Origin: Tubiluchus corallicola
Taxonomy: Eukaryota; Animalia; Priapulida
Assembly (NCBI GenBank): GCA_030141605.1
Contig: JAQGDQ010001429.1
Coordinates: 1 to 41,692 of the forward strand
DNA: 41,692 nt
Direction of reading: 5' to 3'
A program made the translations under genes and the position numbers. A model generated the notes under the pieces. That model was not told the origin of the DNA. It worked only from the letters and a program-made list of their open reading frames with translations, and ran no database searches. Shown here one piece after another: positions 1 to 12,800 of the stretch. How positions within the stretch are numbered: position 1 is the stretch's first letter; each line of letters opens with the position of its first letter.

Positions 1-368
1 TGCGTAAACGAAATCTTCTTTTTTCAGAAACCAATACCAAACTTGAAAACAATATCAAAACTGCACAATGAATTAGATTTTAAGAGGCGGGACAATAAAA
101 AGAAAAGAAAGAAGTATTTCTACTAGTGGGCACGATAACTGAAATTATTTGAAAGTTGCAAAAAACTGCACTTTGTTCAAATAGCAAATAGACAGAGTTG
201 TTACATGGAAACCGTCTTTTGAAATCGGTACGATGACGATGTTTCCTGGTTGGTAAACTGAGTAGAAAACTGCCAAAACTATCAACTAGTATTCATGCGA
301 TACCAAATAAGGAAGCTGTTGAAAACCGTTGAAAATCAACAGGATAAATTTATATCCAAGTTCCTCTC

Positions 369-832
369 TTAACCCTTTCATACCCGTTGTATCCCGTGGG
401 ATTAGAGAATATTTTCTGCCTTTAAAATTAATAAAATTTTAAAACTGACAGTTATTTGATCTGTTGATAGTTGTTTTGATTTAAGCCAATAACAATAGAC
501 TAAAAATGGTGATAAAATGGCAAACTAGAAAATCTACATAGCATAAAAAACTGCGTAAGGTACAGTACTTTAGAGACGACTTTGTACAGATCAGCATAGC
601 ATGCATACTAAATGTCTTAAATACTTTAAAAAATTATCAGCAGTTGCAAAATGAAGCACATTTTATGCTTCCATTGAATCCCAATGTATCCCGTGGGATA
701 CAGGCTATATTTAGCACGCGGGCACAGGTAGAAAAAATAATTATCTGTAAACAAGATGGACATACTGAACAAAACTACCAAGCCAAAAAAATGTTTCTTA
801 TTAAACAAATAATTTGGGACTGAAAGGGTTAA
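369..832 (+). mobile_element. Non-autonomous piggyBac-like MITE, copy A
   Basis: TTAA-CCCTTTCA...TGAAAGGG-TTAA; four copies in the window. Confidence 0.88.
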
Positions 833-2927
833 ACCAGGGAATTAAGTTCGCGACGAGAATCATTTCTGTTAGCACACTGTGCTCCTGTTATATCAACTGA
901 GAGAGATTTAAAAGCGTTTAAAAACGGATTAGTAAACCGATTATTTCTCCTAACGAGTTACATGATCTCTCCATAAGTTAATTCATACAAAACTCACACG
1001 TTTTTTTCAGTACTGGCAAGATTAATTCCTGCAACTCTAAACCGATTCGATTCCGGTACACAGTATTAAAACATTCAGTTGAAGTAACCTCTGGCAGTTG
1101 GCTCCTAAATAATCTTTAGATTAGAATCTTGTTCATCTGGTTTGCATAATTTCTCCCTAGCAGTGGCCTTTGCAGCATCAAGTGAATCGAAGTTAAAGGA
1201 AGACAGAATGACTTTTCATGTACTACCCCATTTCAAGTCCGATAAAAAGTACACATTTTAACACAATTAATATTACAAAACCGTTTCTGATAATTAAATA
1301 ATAGATTAAAAACTTAATTAACGGCGGGCAGGGTCAACTATTGATGACGTCACAAACTAACATAATTTTCAACATGAAAAATATTCTACGAGTGTGTTGC
1401 ACGTGTTTGGGAAAGCGAAAATTGAAGTACAGTGCTACTGTAAGATATTCAGTGTTGTACAAAAATTGGCATATTGTAAGATAAAAATTCAAATTTCAAT
1501 TTTACCGTTGTGCTCGCGCATGAGCTGTCGAACGTGCGTAGTTTGTCACAAACTAACACATCTGAACTGAGAGGTACAGCTCTTATTTTTCTATAATGCC
1601 TTTCCGAAATGCAGGCGCTAGTGCCCGTCTAACTAGAGTAAATTGTTTCGACTTACAGTTTAAGATTGGGTTCTGTTTTGCTTTAGTAAATTAAATAGTA
1701 TAGAAGTGAAATGAAAACAGTTATATTTTTATGTGGCTGTCGTCTTAGCTAGCCCTTGTTTCAGCGTAATTTGATTAATGATTAAGGCAGTTTCTTACTA
1801 CATTCACTGGATATTTTCTAGGTTCCAATCAGTTTGACTCTTAAATCCAAAAATGTGTAAATTGTTAGAATGACCTTAAAGGAAAACCGGGCGATTGTAC
1901 AGACTCAATCTCATTTTAATTTACTGTCCAAAATATACATTTTCTTGCCTATACAAGTTAACAATTGTTTCTTATATTTGAATAATTTGCTTAGAAAGTT
2001 AATTAACGGCATCCGAACACAGTTATTGCTCACGTCAGAAATTAACCACAATTTGTGCAATGGCAGGCATCTCTCTTGCGTGCCAAGTACGTTTGCGCAA
2101 GTGTTACTGCTTAAACGCATGGTGTCACGAAAAATGGGTTTTACATCTTATGACGTCAGAAACTAACACTGCAGTTCATGATCATGGTTATCGCGGTACC
2201 GCCTTCTATTTATCGGCCACGCGAACGTGACAAAAAGGCGCCATTGGCAATCTTAGTAGAGTCACTGAACCACGCGCAGCTTTGGCAGTTTACGAAATTT
2301 GAGTATCCGAGGTAATTATTATTTATTCTAAGCTTTGATTTAAAAGAAGCCATTGTAGTTTTCAATATTTTAGAGCATTCTTTATTCTGAACTCATTTTT
2401 ACACAATCATCCGGTTTAACTATAAGCAGTATGGCTGTAGCACATATACACGAAGAACAGCAATACAATGTCGCATGACAATATCCGTAACTCTTTACCT
2501 CCCTTCACTTTCTCCCTGACGTCTATCCAGGATTATTCTAGCGCGCTAATTACTTGTTTAAGTCCCGGTGTAATTGATTCACCGAAAAATGTTAACGACC
2601 CGAAAGTGTATTAGCCACAAAAACTTTTTGCGCCTGGATGAGCATGCATGCACGTCCTGTCTGGTTCTGTTTACGCTGCAAACATGGCTTCGGTTATTAC
2701 TTTATTTTTGAAGATAACTGACAAGGTTTTTACATCGGGGTCTTATTCGCTCATTACGAATTTTGACTGCATAGGTCGAGATGGGTTTGTGAGTAAAAAT
2801 GAAGAGTTGAACCGCTGACACGTTTTTGCAGTTCGTTTCATCGTGTGGAGCGAAGTCGATTGAAACCAATTTCCTTTCAGGGAAACTAATGAACTGACAG
2901 CCTACTGAGATCAAGTATATATATATA

Positions 2928-3066
2928 AATTCTTTATTTGTCATTAAAAATGGCTCACTCATTACAATAAAATTGAGTAATCCTCAGCGTAATGTTAAAA
3001 ACAACACTGTTCAAGACAAATGCGTCCAGTGCAGACTAAAAAAAACTAAAGTGTAAAACTAAGGCC
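2928..3066 (-). mobile_element. LINE 3'UTR stub related to 20040..20200
   Basis: Shares ACACTGTTC....CAAATGCGTC..GTGCA..CTAAA and TCTTTATTTG with that element. Confidence 0.5.
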
Positions 3067-3765
3067 TAATTATATACAATAAATGAACATATTTACAAAC
3101 ACAATATTAAAATATTTTTACAAAACAATATTACAAAAAAAAGCATTAAATTTTACAAGACATATTTTACACTATATATACATTTAACATGACATAACAG
3201 AAACATGTTTTACATTACATAATTTTTTTTTAATTTTACATTTTTAATCATTTTATGGAGTTATGGAGTATACACGTGGACCAAAAGAAATGATATTGTA
3301 ACGGGTCCCGGTTCCTGCGCGGGTCCATCTCAGGATGTATAGAGCCGCATACAAGTTATGAAATACTTTACAGCAGACGAGAAAAGTAAAAAGAATACGA
3401 ATGTAAAATAAACTTTAATGCACAACCAGTAGCTCCACGACACGTGAACAGACTTTGGTATAAAAATCAGCAAACCTACAGCATTCAGCTTTACAGACAG
3501 AAAGGCCAGGTTGGAATCGTCAAATTACGGCGTGCATTCTGTTTTATACAGGTACATTTGCATTACTGGGCTTCTCAACCATACCCATTACTAACATTAA
3601 GGGGTTGGTCAAAATCTGCCTTCGTAACAATATGATTTTAATAGATTTAATAGAATAGTATCTTCATGGCTTTTTACTAAATTGTGGTCAAGGCTTCAGA
3701 AAATGCGTAAATGGATTTGGAAAGTGTCTTTCTGCATATATTTACATAAATCTTTTTATATAAAC

Positions 3766-4060
3766 AGCAGCAGTAGTAGCAGTAACTACAACAGCTATGA
3801 TAACAACGATAAGAACGTAAACGACAGTGGCAATGATAACGACAACGACAACAGCAACAGTGGCAGACACAGTGACAGCAACAACGACAACGACAACAAC
3901 AAGAACTCCATTAGCAACAGCAGCAATGTGCAATAAAAGCAACAGCAACAGCGCAACACTAACAACAACACCAACGATACCAATACCAAGAGCGACAGCA
4001 GCGACAGAAACAGTAGCAGCAACGGCGACAAAATCAACGACTTCGACGATGACGACAACA
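3766..4060. repeat. Degenerate (ACA/GCA/ACG)n trinucleotide tract
   Basis: Direct reading; explains low-complexity ORFs. Confidence 0.85.
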
Positions 4061-4201
4061 ATTACTCCACGAGTACAGTAAGGAATAGGTAAGTAAACGA
4101 ACGGACAAGCGAACAGACAAACTAGTTACTGATGAAAAACTTGCCTGGTTTGTGTCACCAGCATCAGCATTTTTCTCTTAAACTTTTGTATTTTATTTCA
4201 G

Positions 4202-4291
4202 CCAATATAAATGATGGGAATGTAAGCTACATCTTGAAAACAGGTGTCACAGCCACAGCTGACTACTTCTTGTTCGATTTGATTGACAGAG
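4202..4291 (+). CDS. FREM2: FREM2-like exon (end of last CSPG repeat)
   Basis: ttcAG|...|GTaaaa; ANINDGNVSYILKTGVTATADYFLFDLIDRG; phase 1-1. Confidence 0.85.
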
Positions 4292-6686
4292 GTAAAATCA
4301 CACATTTAATATTGGGATAATTCTTTTGCAAAGGTAGTCTGCCTCTCATTGTTTTAAATTCTGTTTGTAATTTCATTATGTAAATAATAGTTGAAAGGTG
4401 TTAAAAACACATCTTGACCATGGTGTCGTGAAGTTGTTTACATATATTTCTATTTATTAAAATTTTCGGAGGCTATCGTGAAAAACAAATCGAAATTCCG
4501 TCGTTTTCTCCAAACGGTATTTGTCCAAACTGTATTTGTGTAATGTTTATAGGTGTTTATTTTCCTATTTAGTCTCTAAACACTGACATTGACAGATTCT
4601 GAAGAAGCTTAACAGGATAAATCTGCTGGGCTAAACGAACTACCAGCAGCTCATTGAAAGAAACTGAAAACATGTGTGAGATATTCTTCAAATCGTTACC
4701 CATAGAATACAGAAGCTGATACGAAGAACACAAACATGAAAAATTGCTCTAGTTTAAAAACTTTCTGATAATATTTTGAAAAGCTCAAGAGGATTAAAAT
4801 CAGTTTTAATATAAATATCAAAGAGTAGTAGGCACAATGACGCCCCTTGACGGATTCTCCTGCAACGAAATGCCAAGTAAGAGAGTTCACTGGACCCTAC
4901 ACCACCTGCTGTCCATAACCTCAATAATCACTGAAGCTTTTGCTAATAACCGCAAAATATATTTTATTTTCATTTAGTGGCCGGGTGCAGAATCCTTTTG
5001 AACTTTTTCATCTTAAAAGCCTGCGCACTTAGTAAGCAAATAATAATGAATAATTGTAGCTGTAGTCGTCGTTCCAATAACGCGTTTCCAAGGACTTTTC
5101 TATCGCTGCACGCAGTTTTTGCGAAAAATTTGAATGGCCTTTCTTATTTTTTGCCAAATATCGTGTATCCCCGTCTAGTCGATAAAAAACATCATTATTA
5201 GTCATTGAAGACGCGCGTTTAAAGGGTAGAGCTCTTCTGATGGGTCAAAAGGGTTATTACAACGTGTAAACAAATCGAAAGTGTGGCAAGGCTTTGCTGA
5301 TGGTTGAGCGATATGTCATTCACTAAGATGATTACATTTTAATTTTACTGAATTCAGCCTTCCATTTCACAAAAAATTAAAACAAGTATTATCAGTACGC
5401 CTGATATATTAAGGTGTTATTCCCCTCCTGAGTGCTATTTCTTTTCTTAGGGGGAAACGCTGTAAGATCACGTATGTTTGAGTTCAAATGGTCAGCGATC
5501 TATTTTGAAAAGGCAGTTTATGAGAAAAAAGAAGGAAGCCAGCTTTATGTGAGTCTCCTAAGAAGGGGTTTTCTGGAAGACACGTCGCACGTCAGTAAGT
5601 CATCATTGCAATATTTTGTACATTTAGTAATTATACATTAGTCTATACGCATTCAGTGTCTGTGTAATTGTACTACAGGGCGTAGTGAAACAGTTTCTTG
5701 TGTGCTATATTAATGTCATATTCATTCTTTAACTGCGCCCAGAATTCAGTTGTAAAACAGCAGCTTGAAGTGCACTAGCGAAATGTTCACTGGCAAAATG
5801 AGCTGTGCAACTGGTAAAGTGTGTGACTGATCGCTTGTGCACTGGCGAGTAGGACAACTGGCAAAGTGTGTACTGTACATGCAGTATTAAAATGTATAAG
5901 TGGCACTGGTTTAAGTATACACTGGTGAAATGTACAATTGGTGAAAGACTGTATTGGCGAAATATACATTTGGCGGAGTTAACATTGGCGAATTTATAAC
6001 TGGTGATATGTACCTACTGGTGAAATGAAATATGATCATTTATCGTTACTCCAAAGCCCATTTTAATATTTTGTGCTATTTAGAAATTTGTCTCTAAAGC
6101 AAAATGTAGAATTGCCTTTGCAACTATTCCTGCTATTACAGCTATCTACACTACACGTGCCTGCGTACTTATACATGTACATCACTTTCCTGTTGGCTTT
6201 TCCATTTCTCATATTTGTGCTCGAGCATTAGCTAGCTGTACCCATACAACAATTAAAACCAGTGTACTTATTAACTACTTTCTTATGTCTAAACCTACTT
6301 ATTAGATAAACAAAAGTTTGGTCGTTTGGGGAAGACTAAATTAGGCGATGGAGCGTCAGCTTCCTGAAAGAGTACTCAAGCCCGAGCATTTGCTGTATTA
6401 AATTATAAGTTATTAAAAATATTTATAACACGTGTGACATCGGATGAACTCACGCTGTTAGAGCAAATTTGATGATGGGTGTGTATGTGTGCGATACACG
6501 TGGGCACAAGTTGGTAACTCACACTACAAGGGTTTCCATAAGAAGGCTTCATCGTTTGTAGAAACCGGCTTATGTCGATTCGGTTTATCAGAATTAAAAC
6601 TTAAAGCGTTAACAAGACAACATCAATTCTTATCCTTACGTAGCTTTTTTTACAAGTTTAAAATCAGCCCCTTTATTTCGCCTAAC

Positions 6687-6736
<50 letters not shown>

Positions 6737-6741
6737 CATCA

Positions 6742-6804
<63 letters not shown>

Positions 6805-9800
6805 TTATTATTATCACATTCAGTACAACAGACGCATCAAAATTATTACGTCATACTGTATTAAATTGTTATGTTTCATACACTATCGTTATCATAAAAT
6901 AATAATTGTACTGCAATGGACTAGAGAAACAAAGGCTTGTATAAGCCCACTGTCATGTGAACCCGATAAAAAAATGGATGAGTGAAAAAAAAAGAACTGG
7001 GAGAAAGGTTAGATCACACAGGAAGGGTAGAATGATGTGCTAGTGGAAATGGTAGGTAGAAAGACAGTAGATTGCGCTATGTTGACATCAGCTCTAAAGA
7101 TTTATCAATGGTGCCTTGTTTTGCATAACCTGTACCAGATTGTAGCTTGCTAGTTTTTATCCCTTCCACTGAGGCATCGACGAAGTAAAAGATTTATAAT
7201 GTATTTCATGACTTTGCGCATTATTGATTATTCTATTATTACTGTCACAGTTCAATTTGCCTACAACTCTCCAATCAATCTTACCGTTTTTTTTACATAT
7301 TTTGTCAGTTAAAAGTAAAAACATACAAGTGTCAATAAAAAATCTAAAGTCACATAGTCACACAGAAAGTTAACAAAAATTGATGAAACCATTTAAACTG
7401 AAGCATGCTTAACGTTTTCTGTGTTTCATTTAGAAAAAAACAAAAAGGAAAAACAAACATGAAGCAAAATGGTAAACAAACAAATGAACGGCCAAACCAG
7501 AAAACTTCAAAAAAGTACGTTGGGCGTACTTTTCATAACATTTCAGGTTTTATGCGTTGTACTTGATAGGTACCTACATAGAATGACAATTTAACGAAAA
7601 ATATCTTATAACGACTTTTCAACTTGTATCGTGAAATTGTTTGGAAAAACTGTGATTTACTATCAGTGATTTTTAAGCCAGAACATGCACACTGTAGTAG
7701 CAGGAAGAACGATTTGTCAAAAATATCGAACATTTGGTACTTTTTTTTATCAAACTTCAAACGAAGTTGTTGCTTGCAGCTGTTTCCGTAAGACCAGTGA
7801 CAGCAACCAGAAGCGATTTCACTCAACAGAGCAAAGAAAGAGTTACTTTCCTACCGGGACAGCGCCAGGAATCATGGATTCTAGATATAAATGACGACGA
7901 AGAGTTTGAAGTCGACGAAACTTTTCAAATCCACCTCGTGGACGCCACTAGCTCCATTGTTGGCCACCCGAACGTGGCTACTGTCAAAATCTTAAACGAG
8001 GAAGATGGTAAGGCAATGAATTTCTGACCTCATTTCTTGTTCTAAAGTAATTAAAATTATTTTAATTTTAGTAATTGTCTAATTGTTGTCTCTCTCCTAT
8101 AACGAATATGTACGGTTATTATTTTTACACTGGTGACCAACTAACTGTGCCGAATCAAAAATATTTTAAGAACAATATGAAAAGGTATTAAACAAATTTT
8201 TTCACGCATTTCTTTAACCTTGTACCCCAAATTACACTATAGTGCGTCTTACATTCAAATATCAAGTGGTCATAGTTTTATAGGTTTTACATGTCAAATG
8301 TAGACCTGCGTTAACTCAAATGTAGATTTAGGTAATTCAAATGTGTCTTGGTAACTCAAATGTAGACTTTGGTAGTTCAAATATGTTAACAATAGTTTTC
8401 TAGAAATCTTAAGCGTTTTTGGTAAGTCAAATGTAGACACAATTCAAGTCAAATGTGACATTGGTATCTCAAATGTGGATAGGTGGTAAAGCTTAAGGAA
8501 GTAAAATTTAATCTCCTTTAATCTTAATTTAATAATTGCTGTGAAAATAATAGCTTTATAGCTCTACTAATAGTTCACTAATATTCTGTACACTTGACAT
8601 ACCTTTGGAAGTGTTAGAGAAAAAATACATTCTTAAAATAAACAATGTTTCTTGAGAGAAACTAATTCATTAATGCAGTGCTAATGCATTACTTAGAAAA
8701 CTAATTAGTGATTCACTGTTCATTGGGAAGGGATAAACAACACATCGTTCAAAGTTATGAAAGAGGTGATGACTATCTTTGGTTTATTTTTTTGTAATTT
8801 GCACTTAAAGGAGTTAATTACCTATTTATTCAAAGTAATGCATCTACATTTGACTCACCTAAGTCACATTTGAGTTACCAAAACACATTCGAAATTCCTA
8901 TGTCTACATTTGACTTACCTAAGTCACATTTGAAGTTTCCTGTGTCTACATTTGACGTGTAAAACCTATAGTACTATAATGCTGATACTATAAAAAGTTG
9001 CATAAACTTTTGGAAAAACTCATAATAAAACCTCGTTATTAATTCTTATCATATAACCATAAATAAACGCAGACTTATTTTATTTTAATTGACAGTTTTG
9101 ACTTTTAGGAATGGGTTATTAATTTCCAATTTCTGTCCGGCAGAATTTCGTAACGAAAAACCTGTTTTTGTTGCAGAATCTACAGTATATTTCACCCAGA
9201 ATGCAGTTCGCGTGTCGGAAGGGTGCGGGGAAGCCCAGATCGCCATGGAACGCTCCGGGGATCTCTCCAGGGAACTGATGGTTATCTGCCACACTGAGCC
9301 TGGTAAGAATAAACACTTTCCCGTTCAAAACACACATTCGTGGGTGGCCACTTGTGGCGCTGTGGTACACAGATAAAAAGTTGATAGTCCAGAAAATGAT
9401 TGACCCAGGGCTTACGTGCGGATTATTCCAGTATATGGACGTTATGGCAGGATAATTATAAAAATTATTATAAACCAAGAAAAACGGATACAAATGCATG
9501 AGCTTTTAAACAAAGTATGAATTATAATCACAAAAATGTACTTGAAGGAAATAAGAAAACAAACACAAAGATTGCACATTCCCACAATTACCGTATATAC
9601 GGGTGTACAAGTCGATGTGCATTTTAAGATCAAAAATTGCATCATTTTGTATATTACCTGTGTACAAGTCGAGCATAAAATATCAAGATCTTCCAGAGTA
9701 AATGATGTCAACAATGGCCGAGTAATAAATCAATAACCTACTGTGTTAGTGTGTAAGATACGTGCAAGTGCCTGGGCCGAGTATATTATACCTACCCGAT

Positions 9801-12800
9801 GTATATACATATATGTATTCATGTTGAGGGCCCTCAATGCAATCCATGATAATGCAGCCTGGCCTTTCATCGCGCATAATTGTTTGTAACGCCTTTAACC
9901 CTAGGATATCGCGGCCAGGATATAATGAAGGATTATTTCTTAGATTATTCGTATTTTTAGCGACATCTCCCAAAACATATCGTAAGTACAAGTCGACCCC
10001 AAAAATTTCACCTTAAAATCACCTCCCAAAATTCGACTTGTACGTAAGTATATACGGTAATAAAGTTCTGATAATAAACTAGAAAAATAGCAAATGTGAA
10101 AAGGCTGGAATTACACCCTGGAGTCGAACCACAGACCTGCAAATTACAAGGCAGCTGCCTTAGGCTACTAAGCTACTGTCTTCCCCAGTGATCAATGTAG
10201 TCCAAAGGCATCTCTTATAGTTGGCCAACGAAATTTAGCATTTCTAATATTAGATCGTTCACACTAGAGTGACTTTTAACTAATTAGAGTAAGTTTATTC
10301 TAATACAATAAAATCCAATTAATTATTAATCCAATTACTTTCGTGTGAGCGAACTAACATTTAAAAGGCTAAAATTGGTTGGCCAGTTATGGCTATTAAA
10401 AGATGAAATGGGACAGCATTGATCACTGAGAAATATTGTTGGCCACACATGGCCTCTAATATCCAGGTTCTACACTGGCTTTTTCATATTTCTTATCTTT
10501 TTTTAGGTTTGGTATCAAAATTTAATTGTGAGTTTGTATCAAGATATATTAAGATCAATAATAATTAGCAACCACAATATTTACTCTGCTAAACGTCAGC
10601 AGAAAATCATTAATTTTTTATAATATACAACCGTACCAGAATCCAGTACTCAGTAGTGGAGCCTGTTATCTGAAATGTTTGTTTCAAGACTGGTACTTAG
10701 TTCACTATACACAGCTCTACGATGAGCTAATAAACCAGCTGAGTCTCAGCCACATTCGTGTGCATAAACATCCTCTTTCAGGTAAACGGCCACAATCAGC
10801 ACGGTGACTGAAACTGCTCAAAGCCAATAATGAACCAGACAGTTATAAGCCATTATGCAAAGCATGTCCACATGCCCCCTAGGCTATGCAACTTACCTCA
10901 GAATGAAGAATTTGTGATTGTTAACAAAAGATAACATGTAAAAAACATGTAATTTCTCCAAGTAGTTATACTTACTATATATAAATATTTATATTTCATA
11001 AAAATGAGGAAAAACTCCATTAGTTACAGCAAGGCACAATATAATTCAACCCTTCTGATAAAATATTATGAAACTACTTTACATAAATTGCTATTATCTT
11101 TCACATATTTTCTGATTGTTTTACATTTTTCACTAGCAATCACTGATTTTTGTATTCTGCCACTGAAAACTTGTTTCTAGTAACTTCAGGGATGGGAATG
11201 ACAAATTGCAAAAAAATCTGAAACAGGCCGGGGGTTTTGGGGCCACCTAGGCCGTCAATGGGGTTCAAGGGAGCCCCCTTGGAGCCAGCAACAAATTGCA
11301 ATTTTGTGACCAGAGAGAGCCTCTAAGTGGACTTAAAATATGAATTACCTTGTTTCATGTATAACTAAAAATACCCAGCTATCAAGGATACATGATACCT
11401 AATTGTCTCAAAAATGCCTAAGTACTGCCCGCTCCTATGCAAAAGTATATAAAAACTGTCTGCAATTGACTCAAATAACTCCACACAATTGATTCTATAT
11501 TTTTATACATAGAGATATACACGTGGTTACACTGATGTACGTGATGTAAACAAAGTGACGGCCTGCCAACTAGCAGTCAGCTTGTGAAATAATGTACTGG
11601 GTTCGTAATAATTTTATCAACGAATTTACGCGATTTACAAAAATGGCACTACTGGTCTTCCAGAAACTCAGAATTCCGCATATCCGCGGGAAAGTCTCAT
11701 CCCTGCTCTACTTACATACTGGAAACTTTCTGTTTGACAAACATTGATAAATCACAACTCAGTCTTAGCCAACAAACAAAAGTACATGTGTAAGAATAGT
11801 TGAGTAATCTATGTAAGATTAAGACCTTGAAAAATTCTCTGCATGTACAATCTCCCATTGAAGCTTTACATTTTCTATATGTACAAATCAAATAGAAAGT
11901 ATGATAATTAACACAGTTTACATCATAATAATGCTCCTCATTTATTACATTTGAGATTCAGAGCTGTATCAATACATCACATAAAATGAAATTATAAAAC
12001 TGTTTTAATCAAACAATAAAAAGCAACAAAATAAAGTCAAGTGGTATTCTCTAGTATTTAATCAATGAAGTATCAAGAAAATACTGATGCACCTTATCCT
12101 CACATGTTATTGTTGTTTAAAGCCTTAAAACTGTGTCCACTAAACCAGGTTGTTAACCTAGTTGCACTCTTATGTTTCATCTCCCCCGTCCTATGCTGTG
12201 TGAGGGCATACTGCAACTTTTTAAACTGTGACCAGGGGCCAAATATTAAACAATGATTATTAAAAATTTTAATAATATGCTTATATTTAGAATCATGTAT
12301 TTGTTTATATTTTCCATCTCCAGAACCGTAAAATTCCCATTGACTGAGAACTCCTGCAATAAACTGCCCATAATATAGGCAGTCAAGATACTTTTGAGGA
12401 ACCAAGTTTTAGGATCTCTTGATTAACCAAGTGTGTAATGGATTTTATTAAAAATACCAATTCTGTATGTATCGGTCATAAAATTTGCCACTGCAATAAG
12501 CAAACAGCCTATACACTTGGTGAGTTTTAAACTAACGCACACCGAACACAATTGCACAGCTATGTAATGCCTTAAAGTTACATCAAAACAATGGTGTTCT
12601 GGGACCGCACCTGCGAAACTTGCATTTCGCAAATAATGACTGCATGTTCAAGGGAAAAAACAAAGACTCCCAATAGTCAATACACACATTAGTGATAAAT
12701 GTACAATTGACAATTTGCTATTCTCTGAATTGTTCATTATCATTTTGAATCGAAATTACAATACAGAAACTGAATGTAATCTGATTCTAACCTAGTCTCG

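Noticed and set aside
626-808. Recurrent 60-76 aa ORFs (also 16181, 33740, 38370)
   Set aside because: Chance ORFs inside MITE copies; no transposase motifs
3682-4081. Asn/Thr/Leu-rich ORFs (mucin-like)
   Set aside because: Trinucleotide tract open in several frames; no splice or homology support
1-4200. Further upstream FREM exons or a promoter (acceptor-like sites at 27, 1010, 2713; TGACGTCA motifs)
   Set aside because: The frames I translated hit stops and show no CSPG-repeat similarity; motifs are too short to call
10108-10184. Functional tRNA-Thr(TGT)
   Set aside because: Anticodon arm has an oversized loop and the acceptor stem pairs poorly
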